A stretch of DNA of 64,000 nucleotides, from positions 217,241-281,240 of the forward strand of contig MU053934.1 of NCBI GenBank assembly GCA_013239625.1, read 5' to 3'. The translations under genes were made by a program, and so were the position numbers. The notes under the pieces are model-generated. The model worked only from the letters and a program-made list of their open reading frames with translations, did not search any database and was not told the origin of the DNA. Positions 52,440 through 64,000 of the stretch are shown piece by piece. Every line of letters begins with the position of its first letter. Position 1 is the first letter of the stretch. Source of the stretch: Lama guanicoe (lineage: Eukaryota).

Positions 52440-52660
52440 ATAACAAACAGAAGTGTCCAGTAGACACTGTACAGGGCACTTAAGTTTTCCGATCACCTTA
52501 GAAGACAGATATTATTACCTTCCACTTAACAGAAGTGGAAACTGAGGCTCAGAAAAATCGAAGAGTCTTGCCTGTGGTGATGCTGCTAGTAAGCTGTAGA
52601 GCTGGGATTCAAAACTAGGTCTTCCTGACTCCAGATGTGCATGCCTCTTGAACTGTTTAG
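52440..52660 (-). mobile_element. MIR
   Basis: acagaagtggaaactgaggctcaga...agagctgggattcaaaactagg. Confidence 0.75.
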
Positions 52661-53279
52661 CATCTCCTTCCAAAGCGGATCTAGGGATGTGGTCCACTAG
52701 ATCTACTAGACGTGAAAGTCTACACAAAGCTTCCTGGACAGGGTTTGGTACAGCTTGAGATTGCATAAGCCTGGGACCTGACCTTCAGAAAACTTGTCTC
52801 CTATGCAGAAACCTTCCTGTCCAGGGAAAAGGTTGAAATTCTCTGACTTTTGTGCTCTACCTGTTAATTCAGAAAGCCCACTCCATACCCTCAATAGGAC
52901 CGGAGAACAATGCAGGGGGATGCTTGCTCTGTAAGCTGGACCACTGGTGGCTCTGAGTCCATGCACTGGGCAGACATTAGCAAGGGCTGGGGAACCTTAC
53001 ACCACAAGGTAGGCCAAGTCACGTGACCTTGCTACACGCACAGTGAGAAGACGGCTGCCTTCAGGTTCCCCTGGGGTGTTCAGAGACATGGAATGATGGT
53101 GATGCTGGGTTGCTTACAGACCAGGAAGCTAACTGCAGCAGTCAGAGGATAAGAGGGAATGTTAAGGGGGAAAAAAAAAAGCAATTTCCTCCTCTATAAA
53201 ACCTTCCCCAACTTTGTGAGCCAAATTTAGCTCTTCCATTGCTTCTGGACCATGTCTTCATTATAATAATTATCTCTTG

Positions 53280-53425
53280 GCAGTAGCGGGCATCAGGAGC
53301 CTCTGGGGAGGTTTTTAAAAAATATATGTAGTTGGCCCCCATCTCATGAGATTCGAATTTGCTAAGTCTGGGTTGGACCAGAGAATTTGTATTTTTAAAG
53401 TGCTCCCTAAGTACATGCCTATCGG
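53280..53425 (+). mobile_element. MER5A-like element
   Basis: catcaggagcctctggggag...gagattc...agtctgggttgg...gaatttgtatttttaa. Confidence 0.65.
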
Positions 53426-53521
53426 ACACTATGGAGAGCAATATATCCTGAAAAATAAAATAAAACACTGGTAGAGAACGACTAAAAATGTTGGATCAAA
53501 AAAAGGTGATGTATATGTGTA

Positions 53522-53546
53522 TGTGTGTGTGTGTGTGTGTGTGTGT
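53522..53546 (+). repeat. (TG)12 microsatellite
   Basis: Direct reading. Confidence 0.95.
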
Positions 53547-54480
53547 CTGTGTTCATAGGAAAAAGATGAATAGACAAGAAAATGAGGTAAAACTTCAGAA
53601 TTAGTAAGGAAATTTAATAAGAAAGGGCAAATCCAGAGAGAAAAGCAAACTGAAGACAGTAGCAGTGCCAAGGCTGCGGAACCTGCCTCTTGTTAGTGTC
53701 ATGACACATTGGTTTCAATGAGCCAAATACAGGAAAAGGAGAAGACTAGCACTTTGCAAAAGCAACCTGGAGAATGAAGCATAAATCCAGAATCCCCCCA
53801 AAGTCAGACCCCTGGTGGGTGAAGTGGTCGAATGCCAGCCCCATCGAAGAAGACGGTAAGAAACTTGGCTTGGCTTTGGATCCGGGTGAAAGACAATGAC
53901 ACAGACGTCTCCACTGAGAATATTTTAACCCTCAGGTAGTCTGGGGGCCAGAGTTCAGTGGTATTGTTTTGGTCTGAAAGCCACTGTGAAACTTGTTGCT
54001 TGGCAGAAGCAAATACAAATCCTCTCTTGAGGTCTGTGTTTTAAAACCTAGCCTCCAAGAATTCCCACAGATGAATTTCCAAGAAACATGAACTCACACA
54101 CGTACACGCACACACATACACACAGTCACAAACACAAAATCTATCAGGAAACAAACCGTGCAGAAGTAATCATGAATTCGACCCCAAAAGACTGATCATT
54201 GGAATTATTATATACAGAACACAAGGCAGATGTGTTTAATATATTTAAATAAATAACCAGAAATAGGTGGTGGTTTTAAATATATCCCCAAATGCTTGAA
54301 TTCTCTTTGTGCAAACAGGTAGAGTCTAATCTCCCTCCCACTGAATGATTCATTTTAATGATTTAATTCTGATGAACAGAATGTGACAGAAGTGATGCTA
54401 TATGACTTCTGAATTCAGGTGATAAAAAAGGATACAACCTCTGGCTGGTTCATTCTCTAACTGCCTAGTTCATTCATAGT

Positions 54481-54505
54481 CTCTCTCTCTCTCTCTCTCT
54501 CTCTC
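54481..54505 (+). repeat. (CT)12 microsatellite inside the MLT1
   Basis: Direct reading. Confidence 0.95.
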
Positions 54506-54642
54506 ATTGTTTACTCATTCGTCATGAAGATACTCAAGATACACTGTGGATAAGCCTCCAGTGAGGCAAAATAAAGCCACTGGCCTACAGCAGCCACCCA
54601 CTTGCCAGCTAGGTCAGTGTATCTTAAAAGTCAATTATCCAG

Positions 54643-56107
54643 TCTCCTCAAAAAACAGTGTTGGAAAAACTGGATGACCACATGCAGAAATATGAAATTA
54701 GATCCTGATCTTACACTCCTCAAAAAAATTAATTCAAAATGGATTAAGGATTTATATAATAAAACTGAAACTGTAAAACTCCTAGAAGAAAACATGGGAA
54801 AAGCTTCTTGACACTGGTCTTGGCAAAGGTTTTTCTGGACATGACACCAAAAATATAGGCAACAGAAGCAAAAAATAAATGGAGGGGACTCTTATTGAAT
54901 GATTAGGCTTCTGCACAGTGAAAGAAACAATGAACAAAATGAAAACACAACTTATGAAATGGGAGAAAATATCTGCAAATCGTATATCCGATAAGGGGTT
55001 AATATCCAAAATATATAAAGACTTGATACAGTTCAATAGCAAAACAAAACAAAACAAAGCAAAAAGTCTGATTAAACAATGGGCAGAGGACTGAATAGAC
55101 ATTTTTCCAAAGCAGACATCTAAGGTACATGAAAACTACCGAACATCTCTAATCGTCAGGGAAATGCAAATGAAAACCACAGTGAGATACCACCTCATAC
55201 CTCTCAGAATGGCTATTATAAAAAGGATAAGAGACAGTAAGTGTTGGCAAGAATGCAGATAAAAGGGAACCCTTGTGCATTGTTGGTGGGCATGCAAATT
55301 GGTGCAGCCGCTAAAAAACAGTATGGGGGTTCCTCACAAAATTAACAGTAGAACTATCATACGATTGAGCAATCCCACTTCTTGGTATATATCCGAAAGA
55401 ACTGAAAACAGAATCTCAAAGAGATACCCGCTTTCCCATGTTCACTGTAGCACTATTCACAACAGCCAAGACATGGAAAAAACCTAAATGTACGTTGATG
55501 GATGAATGGATAAAAAATATGTCACACACACACACACAGGGCTGTTATTCAGCCATAAAAAGAGGGAAATCTTGCCATTTGTGACAATACAGATGGACCC
55601 TGAAGGCATTACGCTAAGAAAGTCAGAACGAGAAAGACAAATACTGTATAGTAGTGCTTACATATGGAATCTGAAAAAAGCCAAACTCATAGAAACAGAG
55701 AGTAGAATGGTGTTAACCAGGGGCTGGAAGGCGGGGGAAATAGGGAGACATTGGTCAAAAGGTATAAACTTCCTGTTATAAGAATGAATGAATAAGTTCT
55801 GAGGATCTAACATACAGCATGGTGATTACATAGTTAATAATACAGCCTTATATATTGGAAAATTGCTGAGAGAGTAAACCTTAAATGCTGTCACCACAAA
55901 AAGAAATGGTAATAACATGACAAAATGGACGTATTACCTGACACTATGGTGGTGATCATTTCCCAATATATAAGTGCACTAAATCAACATGTTGTAGACC
56001 TTAAACTTACACAATGCTGTAAGTCAATTATATCTCAATGAAGCTGACAACAAAACAAACAAAAACCAAAATACAAACACCATTACACAGTATCATTTTT
56101 ATGTGAA
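54643..56107 (+). mobile_element. 5'-truncated L1 (L1MA9-like; ORF2 C-terminus plus 3'UTR)
   Basis: ORF-track peptide [34 protein letters not shown]...LLEENMG is L1 ORF2. Perfect 17-bp TSD aaaagtcaattatccag at 54626-54642 and 56108-56124. Confidence 0.94.
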
Positions 56108-57884
56108 AAAAGTCAATTATCCAGCCCAAGATGACATATGACTGCAACTGCATGAGAGGTGCCACAAGAGAATGATCTAGCTGAGCCCTTCCTGAATTTC
56201 TATCTAATGGAAATCTTATGACCTAATAAAGTGACTTGTTTGAATTCTAAACTTCACTGTTAGAACACTAAATTTTACTATAGTTTGTTATGCATGACTA
56301 GATAACTATACAGGCTCCAAAAAGTACAACAAAGAACAAGAAAAGTGTCAAAAATGACTGAGCATATTTGAAAAGGAACCAAGTAAAAGGGGCAGAAGTG
56401 AAAAGTGACTGACAGCTGACTTGTCAGCAGACACAATGTAAGCGCTAGGAGAGTGGAATAATGTCTTTGATGTGCTGAGAGGAAGTAACTGTCAACCAGG
56501 ACTGTAGATCCAGTGAAGACACCTCTCAGGGTGGCAAAATAAAGACTTTTTCCCAGAGAATCAAAGCCAGATTTTACCAGTAGCAGACACTCACTACAGG
56601 AAATTTTAAAAGATATATTTCGGGAAGAAGGAAAATGATCCCAGAAGGAAAAGTCTGAAATGTGAGAAAGAACAGTCAGAAAAGAGGCAATTTACAGATA
56701 AAAACATACCAAGCGAAAATCAACAATGCTGTGTAATGAATGAAAACAGAACCAAAACAAAGTAAGCAAGCATATTGTAAATAACAGGCACATAATTCAG
56801 GAGGAGGTGATGGTGGATAAAGCATTCTAAAGTTCTCACACTGTTTAGGAGAAGGAAGATGCTCATTTCAAACTTTAAGTTAAATACTCAGGTTAAGATC
56901 CCTAGTATGTAACTTTCAACCTAGAAGAGGTTAAAATTGGGATGAGACATAGAAACCCAAAATCAATCCACAGGAGGTAAGAAAGGAGAAATGAGGAACT
57001 ATGGGACAAACACGAAGCACAAAATCAAATGGCACAACTAACACCAACTGTACTGGTAACAGCCATCTAGATAAATAAACCAGACTTCCTGGGAGAAAGA
57101 CAGATATTTATACAGAATTGTTTTTTTTTTAAATCCAGCTACATGTCGTTTAAAAGAAAGAATATTGAAAATAAAAAGACGAAAAAACAACTAAAAGGCA
57201 AATACGAAACATGGCAATTAATTAACATTCCAAGGTAAAAGACATTACTAGAGGTGGTCTCTACATTATGAAAAAAACTGAAGTCTACCAATGAATTATT
57301 AGAGTCAATAAGATTAGTATGTTTAGTAGGTTTCTGGATGACAAAAGTTAATTGCCTTTTCATATACCAGGAATAAGTAAAAAAATACACTAAAATATCA
57401 TTTGCAATGTCAATAAAATATATCAGGTACCAGAAATACATCTAACAAAAGATGTGTGAGACTTTTATGGGGAACATTGTAAAATGTTATTGGAAGATAC
57501 TAAAGAAGAGCAAACCAAAAGAATAACAAATCATGCTTATAGATAAGAAGACTCATTATCATAAAGATAACAATTCTCATCAAAGTGATTTATGGATATA
57601 GAGTCAATAAAATTCCAATCTAAATCTCAACACGTGTGTGTGCACATACATGCATAGAACGTGACAAACTTACTCTAAAATGTGTATTTTGGGGAATACA
57701 AGACTTATAATTCATTGTGCTATATACTTACATATACTGTATTTCTGTTATAGTTCAATTTTTTTAAGTTTTTAAAAAGGGAGGAGAACAGGTGAGGGGA
57801 CCAGCACGATCAGCGATGAAGATTTATTAGAAAGCGATAATAATATAAAGATAATGTGGTACTGACCAAGGGGTATGTGCACTC

Positions 57885-58150
57885 ATTCAGCTTAAATGCC
57901 TCCTCCTCAGAGAAGCCTTCCTCCATGGCCCTCTCTCCAAATTAGCCCCCAGATTCTTATTCTCTGATTCTCAGTCTCTTATGTTCCCTTCTCAGCACCC
58001 ATCATGTCTCGTTCTTCTCTCGCCTGCTCTCTTTCCTCTCTCTTCCACACTTGGACAGGAGTTTTTTAGGGGAGGCCATGAGTTATTATGTATCCAGAGC
58101 CCAGTAGTGTCTGGAATATAGTAAGTGCTCAATAAATATTTGTTGAAGGA
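57885..58150 (+). mobile_element. L2 3' end
   Basis: cagcttaaatgcctcctcctcagagaagccttcc...tagtaagtgctcaataaatatttgttgaa. Confidence 0.85.
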
Positions 58151-59699
58151 AAAAAAAAAGAAAGCTTGGATTAAAACTGAAGGTATTCCCTAGATGAACC
58201 ATGAACTTAACTATGATCCCAGATGTTTCTCCTTTCCTCATTTAAATACCTGCTTTCCCAAGGAAAGAACACTTCCATGTAACAAAAGGGCAGCAGAACC
58301 ACCAGCCCTCGCCTCGCTCTCCCCTGATTTTCCTCTGTTCTCCCCACTCTGCTACACACAGACCTTTAGAGGTCATTCTCTCACCCTGATCCTATTTTTT
58401 CATCACTTCTAAAGGAATGATATTATTGTTTCAATGGTCTCTTCCATGCTCCAAGGGGCAGGTGCCAACTCAAAGGAAAAGCCTGGAGTCACCCTCCCTT
58501 CCTTCAGCCACCCTTCTTTGCCCACTGACCCTGTGGCTGTCTCTGAATCTGTACAAATTGTGACACTCAGCTCAATGTGCTCAGTACTGAGATGATGCTC
58601 AGAGGGAAAGAATAATTCAAAGGAAACTGCTGGCGCATAGCAACCTGGTGATTATTAGAAAAAGTCCTCTAATCTCATCCACCATTTTCCTAATTAACTA
58701 GTCCCTTTTCCCCTTAACTGATGCATTTTCCTTTTTTAAATTTTAATTTATTACAGCTCATTCATAAAGAGGCAGAATCCAAAGAGAAGGCCTTCTGAGT
58801 TTTGTTCAAAGGTGTCAAGTTTAAAAGCAAATAAGGTGAAGGATTAACAGAAGGTTCAAGTTTCATTAAGTAGATGTGTTGATGTTACCGGAAAGTAAAG
58901 TACAGAGGGCCAAGCCTTTCCATCCTTGGGAACACAGCGCCGCCCGTAATGAATTCTGCACAGCATCGCTTTCAACTGTGTGATATTTCATTCATTGATT
59001 TTATTGTCAAACGAAAAGGCACTGGTTCCAAGTGGCATTTAGTGAGACAGACGGGGAGTGACCCAGACTTCATTACTTGGTGCTCGCTCTCTGGGTAATT
59101 TTAATGCTACGTGGGCAGAAAGTAACAGAAAAGCAGGGTGCTCTGGTTCCAACATCTGGAACGGCTCCGGTTGAATTCCAAGCTGCCAAAAGCCTCACTC
59201 TCCAGGTCCAGCTGTCTGTGCAGACTGGCATAGCTCAGCCTAGCCTCTCTTGTGTCGTGGTGAGGCTCTGACGGGAGACCCCACATGCAGCCCATCTTAC
59301 CAGCTGTAGCAAAAGGTGAGGAATCTGACAATAATACCTGGGAAGCATCCTGTCGAATGGAATTAGCCCGATTCCTGAAGCGTGGAGATGCTGATGACTG
59401 CACCAAACACAGGACCGCAGTCTGGGCTTTGATCCTGTCACCCTCAGCAGAAAGGTCCTCTTTGCTGAGGACTTAGCTACTCACTCCTATCAAACCTCTT
59501 CCGAGTTTCAGTCCCATGTCACCAACGCCAATCCAGACACCCCACTAGGCTGCTACTCAAATTTCAACATACCAAGAACCCAAACTCCTAACTTTTCTAA
59601 CACGGTCAACAGTCTTAGGCAACACTTGTGGGGCCTTGAACTCAATGGATTATCAAATTCTGATCAATAATCCCTTTGCGAAAAAGAAAGACAAAAAGC

Positions 59700-59930
59700 C
59701 GTAACATTGACTGATTATTTCCTAGAAACAGGCGCTCTGTGCACATTATCTGTTTTATTTCTCCCACTAGCTCTCTGGGGTACAGATCCTAACCCCCATT
59801 TTTAAGGGTGAGGAAACTGAGGTTGAGAGCTGAAGCTACTTGTCTGGGGGCAGACGGCTAGAAAGCGGTGGAGCCAGGATTCAAACTCAGGCTTGTGACA
59901 CCATAAAGCTCAGTTCTTTCTATTACCCAA
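59700..59930 (-). mobile_element. MIR
   Basis: cccatttt...tgaggaaactgagg...ggtggagccaggattcaaactcagg. Confidence 0.8.
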
Positions 59931-60725
59931 AGCTACCTCCTGAAGCATCTCATGGAGTCTCACTTCTTCTCATCTTCCCGAGTGATGGCCTGTGAGCCCA
60001 GATCGCCATCCAGACCTGCCTCCGACTGGACCCTTTCTCCAGCTCACACTACTGCCAGATCGCTCTTCCTGTAATACCACGTTCACCGTTTATCACTCAT
60101 TTGCGAGTTCCCTTAATTAGAAAGCCCAATATTTCACTGGGCTTGAAAAGGAAGACAGGTTCTCTCTTGCTGACAGCTTCCAGCCTAAACGCCTTGGCTT
60201 GGCTTCCACCTGCCGATACAACCTTCAAGGGAACGCCTACTCTGTCTGAGGCATGTGTGTTCCAGGTCCTGGGACTATACACCTGAACAGACAGTCTCTG
60301 ACCTTAAAGATCTCAGAATCTCCTGCTTTTGTTCCAAGTTCCCCTCCTTGTCAATACATGCAAGTGCTTGGTCTCAGCTCCCTTTGGGCATCCCCTCCCT
60401 CACCACCCAGGAAGAGCCCCCCTCTCCCCTCCAAAATCTTCCCCATGTTTCCAGGTCTAGTTTGAGTTTCACTTCTTCCGTAAGGGGGAGCAGGCCCTTC
60501 CACCCCCCCACCACAAGGTACATCCCACACACCTAATATGCAATGTAGATTCGGTTCCACAAATACCCACTGTGTACAAAGCAGTGCAGTGTTGTGGCAA
60601 CAACGCTGGGGGATATGAGTCAGTGATTTTCTGGCTGGTGGGACCTTGGCCAAGTCACCCCCTCACACTGAGCCTCAGATCACACTGTGAAACAGGGACA
60701 GTAGCAGGTGGTTGTGAGGACTGTA

Positions 60726-61025
60726 CCGTCAGCCTGTCTCCGTGGGCTCTGTGTCTAGGGATTTAACCAACCTCAGAAAATCTCTCCCCGCCCCACCAAG
60801 TTCCAGAAAGTTCTAAAGGGCAAAATTTGAATTTGCCATGCACAGGGAACTTTTACATAACATTTACATTGTTTTAGGCATTATAAATAATCTAGAGATG
60901 ATTTAAAGTATGTGGAGGTGATGCAAACACTACAGCATTTTATATCAGGGACTTGAATATCGGAGGATTTTGGTATCTGCAGGGAGTCCTGGAACCAATC
61001 CCCCACGGATACCAAGGGATCACTC
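60726..61025 (-). mobile_element. MER2B-like Tigger-family MITE
   Basis: taatctagagatgatttaaagtat...ggattttggtatctgcagggagtcctggaaccaatcccccacggatacc; flanked by TA on both sides. Confidence 0.85.
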
Positions 61026-61869
61026 TATATGATAATGTTTCTACAAGTGACTTATAAATGTGATGAGATTCAACATCTGAGTCTTTCTTCTCGCAACGAG
61101 ACATGGATTTTGGAAAGTCCAAAAGCAATCCCATCAATATGAAAACAATAATAATGATTGTATTTTATTATTTTATGTTATTATCATTGTCACTGCTGTT
61201 GCTTCTAGAACAATACAAAGCACCTGCTCACATTCTCAATGAGTTTCTTCAATAATTTCTTCCAGGTCTCTTTTTCTCTAATTTCAAGTGCCTTATCCAT
61301 CTCATTTCCCATCACTGAGTCTCACTCAGAAAAAATTGCCAATATGTAACCTATTGAATAACTGGGCTGAGAGTAAACACAGGACCACTCAGGAAACTCT
61401 TCCACTCCAGCAGGTATGGGTCTTCGCTCCTTCCCTCCCTCCCGTCGCCAGGCCAGAGGACAAAAAGAGGCTGAAGCCACTGGGCTGATTCTATGGTCCC
61501 CAGAAGAGAAGTGGAGGCTCAGCTGTGAGCCCAGAGAAGGCATCGGGGAAGATCCACCCCACCTATCAGCTGCAGCTGGAGGCGAGCAGACACTCCCGGC
61601 TTCATGCCACGGGTCATTTCACAGCTGATCCTTTCAGGTGACTTTACATGTCCGAGCGTTCCTTAAACTGCTTGGAGACAAAGTTGGGAGCTGGTGGCGA
61701 GCTTTTCCAAGCATTCTCTCGGGTGTTGTACACAATGAAAATTTCAACACTTTGTACTTGATGAAGGAGGGGAAAAAAAAGAACAAGGAGAAGAGAAAAG
61801 AACAGCAGAAGGGTCCAGCTGTACTTTATCTCTTCTTAAATATTTATTTCTTCTCAAATGTTTGCTATG

Positions 61870-62340
61870 ACTGAAGGATGCTATTGGCTAAATGGAGAAG
61901 GCGAAGTCGCGGGATGATCAATATTCTGCAGTCCATGGGGCAATTCCACACGACAAAGAATTGTCTCCCACCTCTTAGGGCTCTCAAGTACCTCATGAGA
62001 TACTCACTTGAGTGAAAAGGATGCCAATAATCACCTGTATATAAAATCTAAGTCATAGTCTACATCCGAACTCCAAACATATGTTTCTGCAAATGGTCAC
62101 ATATGCTGAATTTTCTGGCAATGCACTGCTGTGCGAATGCAGGGAAGACAGTACTCTGTTTTGTTTGGAATTTTACCAAGAGTCGTCCATCGTTTAGTGG
62201 AATAATGACAACAGCAGCCAAGCCGCTTGGAATACGTGAGCCACCGATACAACCACACCGGTTTCTGTCTGCACGGGCGACAATCACACGCACGGGAATT
62301 CGCCCTGCGGATGCTCGCCTGGGATGCCCCCAGCACTGCT
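61870..62340. mobile_element. hAT-Charlie-derived fossil
   Basis: ccacacgacaaagaattgtc...tatgctgaatttt...ctctgttttgtttggaattttaccaagagt. Confidence 0.55.
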
Positions 62341-62361
62341 CGGGTGGCCAGTCCGAGCACT

Positions 62362-62455
62362 AGGGTGACTAACTGTCCTGAGGGGATTCCCGGATGTAGG
62401 GCTTCTATGCAAAGCTGGGAAAGTTCCAGGCAAAGTGGGATGAGCTGGACACCCT
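62362..62455. mobile_element. MER94-like hAT MITE
   Basis: Terminal inverted repeats agggtg...caccct; internal gggattcccggatg...gggaaagttccaggcaaa. Confidence 0.7.
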
Positions 62456-63654
62456 GGTAACATGAACCCACTAAAATATACTGTGGTTTCAAACTCATAC
62501 CACCTATTTTTCTTTATACCCCTAAACCCACAGTGCCTGGCACACGAGAAGTACTGAAAAAATATTATTCCGTGAATGGGAGGCGAGGGAGAAAAGAAAA
62601 AAAGAAGAGGCATCTTCTCATAGTTACACACATGTTACCCCATATTCATGCTCCTTTCTTGAAATGTGTGGCTGATACCAAGGCACACCTTCCCATCACC
62701 CTACAATTTGAAGACATCCCATATTTTTACTATTTTCCACAAAGTAGCACCCCAGCACATCTTCGCGGGGGGCGAGTAGGTTGGCCAGGCTTCCGCAAAG
62801 GAATCCTAGTACGACAGCATCACAGACTTTCACGGGAACCTCAACGCCATGAAATCTGAATAATCGTTTTTACCCAAAGGGCCTCAGATGTGTATTTTTG
62901 GCCATCGTGTTTAGCCTGATGTTTAAAAGGTAATGTCACTCCACAGGTGACACCCTTTGTTACGATTCCCGAGACATAATAGCTACCGACTCGCCGTTGG
63001 AAACCTTTGTGTAGTGACATGGCCTCCCTTCTGCCTGTATGTGTATGAATCTGAGAGCACGCTCTACGACGTGGAGACACAAATATCTTCTGCGTTTTTG
63101 ATAAGTGACCCTGAGTCTCCCCTTGAGCATCTGCTTTGAGATAATAAGCAGTAACTAGAAAACAGTCCTCTGTTAGATTGAGTTGTGGTTACGAGAGGAA
63201 GTCAACCACAGCTTATAGGAGAGGAAGGTGTGCGGAACAGGAGCAGGATGCTGCGGGTGAGCTGATGTCCCCAGGGGAAACTCAGCTGTCAGCAAGACGC
63301 AACAGCTCCTGCACCCAAAACACAGCTGCTCACTTGCAAGCTCGAAGCAATTCTGTTCAAGGGAGAACTGGATGAAAAAGCAGACAGACAAATGGGAGCG
63401 AGAAGCCAGGGACATCTGTTTCTGAAAGTAACTTTGGGACTTACCGAGACCTCACGCCCTCTAATGCAAGCCACGCCTCTCTTTGTAAGCACCCACCTTT
63501 GGGAACCATAAAGCGTTTGACCAGTAGGAGCAGAAGATCTGAATTCTGGGATTGGGAATGGTAAAGTCGACTCACTGGAACAGAGCTCTGGGATGTAAAA
63601 CAGTGCTGTTAGAAGTTTGCTCTGAAATCTTGCCCAATCCAAAATTGAAGGTGG

Positions 63655-63895
63655 GGACTGGAGCTGGACCACCAGGGTTCAAATTCCTATTTCATCCCTT
63701 CCTTCTTCCGTCACCTGACCGGTCAAGGCCAAGTTGCATACTTCAAAACTGGCTGCCTCATTTGTTTCGTAAGGATGGTAATAACAGAATTTACATTATA
63801 GAGATTGCTCTGAACACCAATCAAGGAGATAAAAATGTTTAGTCCGGTTCCTGGTCCATTCTGGATACTGAGTATCAGCTACCCATTATTATTAT
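63655..63895 (+). mobile_element. MIR
   Basis: gggttcaaattc...cctcatttgtttcgtaaggatggtaataaca...attattatt. Confidence 0.6.
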
Positions 63896-64000
63896 TTTTT
63901 TACAACTTTATTAAGATATAATTACACAACTGAACAATCAGCCATTCTTTGAAATCCCATTTCTGTCACCCATACACCGTCTAGAACCCACAGCTTGAAT

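Larger units (their letters stand above)
54265..56311 (+). mobile_element. MLT1F-like LTR split by an L1 (pieces 54265-54642 and 56108-56311)
   Basis: aacagaatgtgacagaagtgatg...tgacttctg...cacttgccagc | gactgcaactgcatgagag...ctagctgagcc...tttgttatgca...tagataac. Confidence 0.8.
53600..57870 (+). mobile_element. Old L1M (L1ME-like) 5'/ORF1/ORF2 remnants hosting nested insertions
   Basis: 56405-56640 resembles the L1 ORF1 C-terminus (gactgacagctgactt...agtggaataatgtcttt...aactgtcaaccag). 57380-57700 resembles ORF2 (ctaacaaaagatgtg...aagactcattatcataaagat). The 5' boundary is uncertain. Confidence 0.65.

Noticed and set aside
54602..55781. Several ORFs with protein-like sequence
   Set aside because: Frameshifted L1 ORF2 C-terminus and 3'UTR
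62060..62631. Dense overlapping ORFs in CpG-richer sequence
   Set aside because: Explained by hAT-Charlie and MER94-like fossils; no recognisable protein or splice-site pair

Overview
Mammalian genomic DNA, most likely camelid, inferred from three copies of a tRNA-derived SINE resembling the camelid Vic-1 family. The window lies inside LARGE1 (xylosyl- and glucuronyltransferase 1), transcribed on the minus strand. It holds one recognisable coding exon, a 105-nt phase-1/phase-1 exon at 32073-32177 encoding (G)[34 protein letters not shown](G). The supplied ORF track misses this exon. The rest is very large intron: old and young LINE-1 pieces, L2, MIR, MLT1/LTR16/MER21 LTRs, hAT and Tigger DNA transposon fossils, microsatellites and several repeat-free, motif-dense stretches that may be enhancers. 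I found no convincing novel biological system. The best second-look items are a 17-bp hairpin about 640 nt upstream of the exon, a twin-primed 5'-inverted L1, a three-level nested insertion with a possible L1 3' transduction, and a segment resembling the human MIR4764 locus. Repeat family names were assigned by eye from remembered consensus sequences, and repeat boundaries are approximate unless a target-site duplication (TSD) is quoted.
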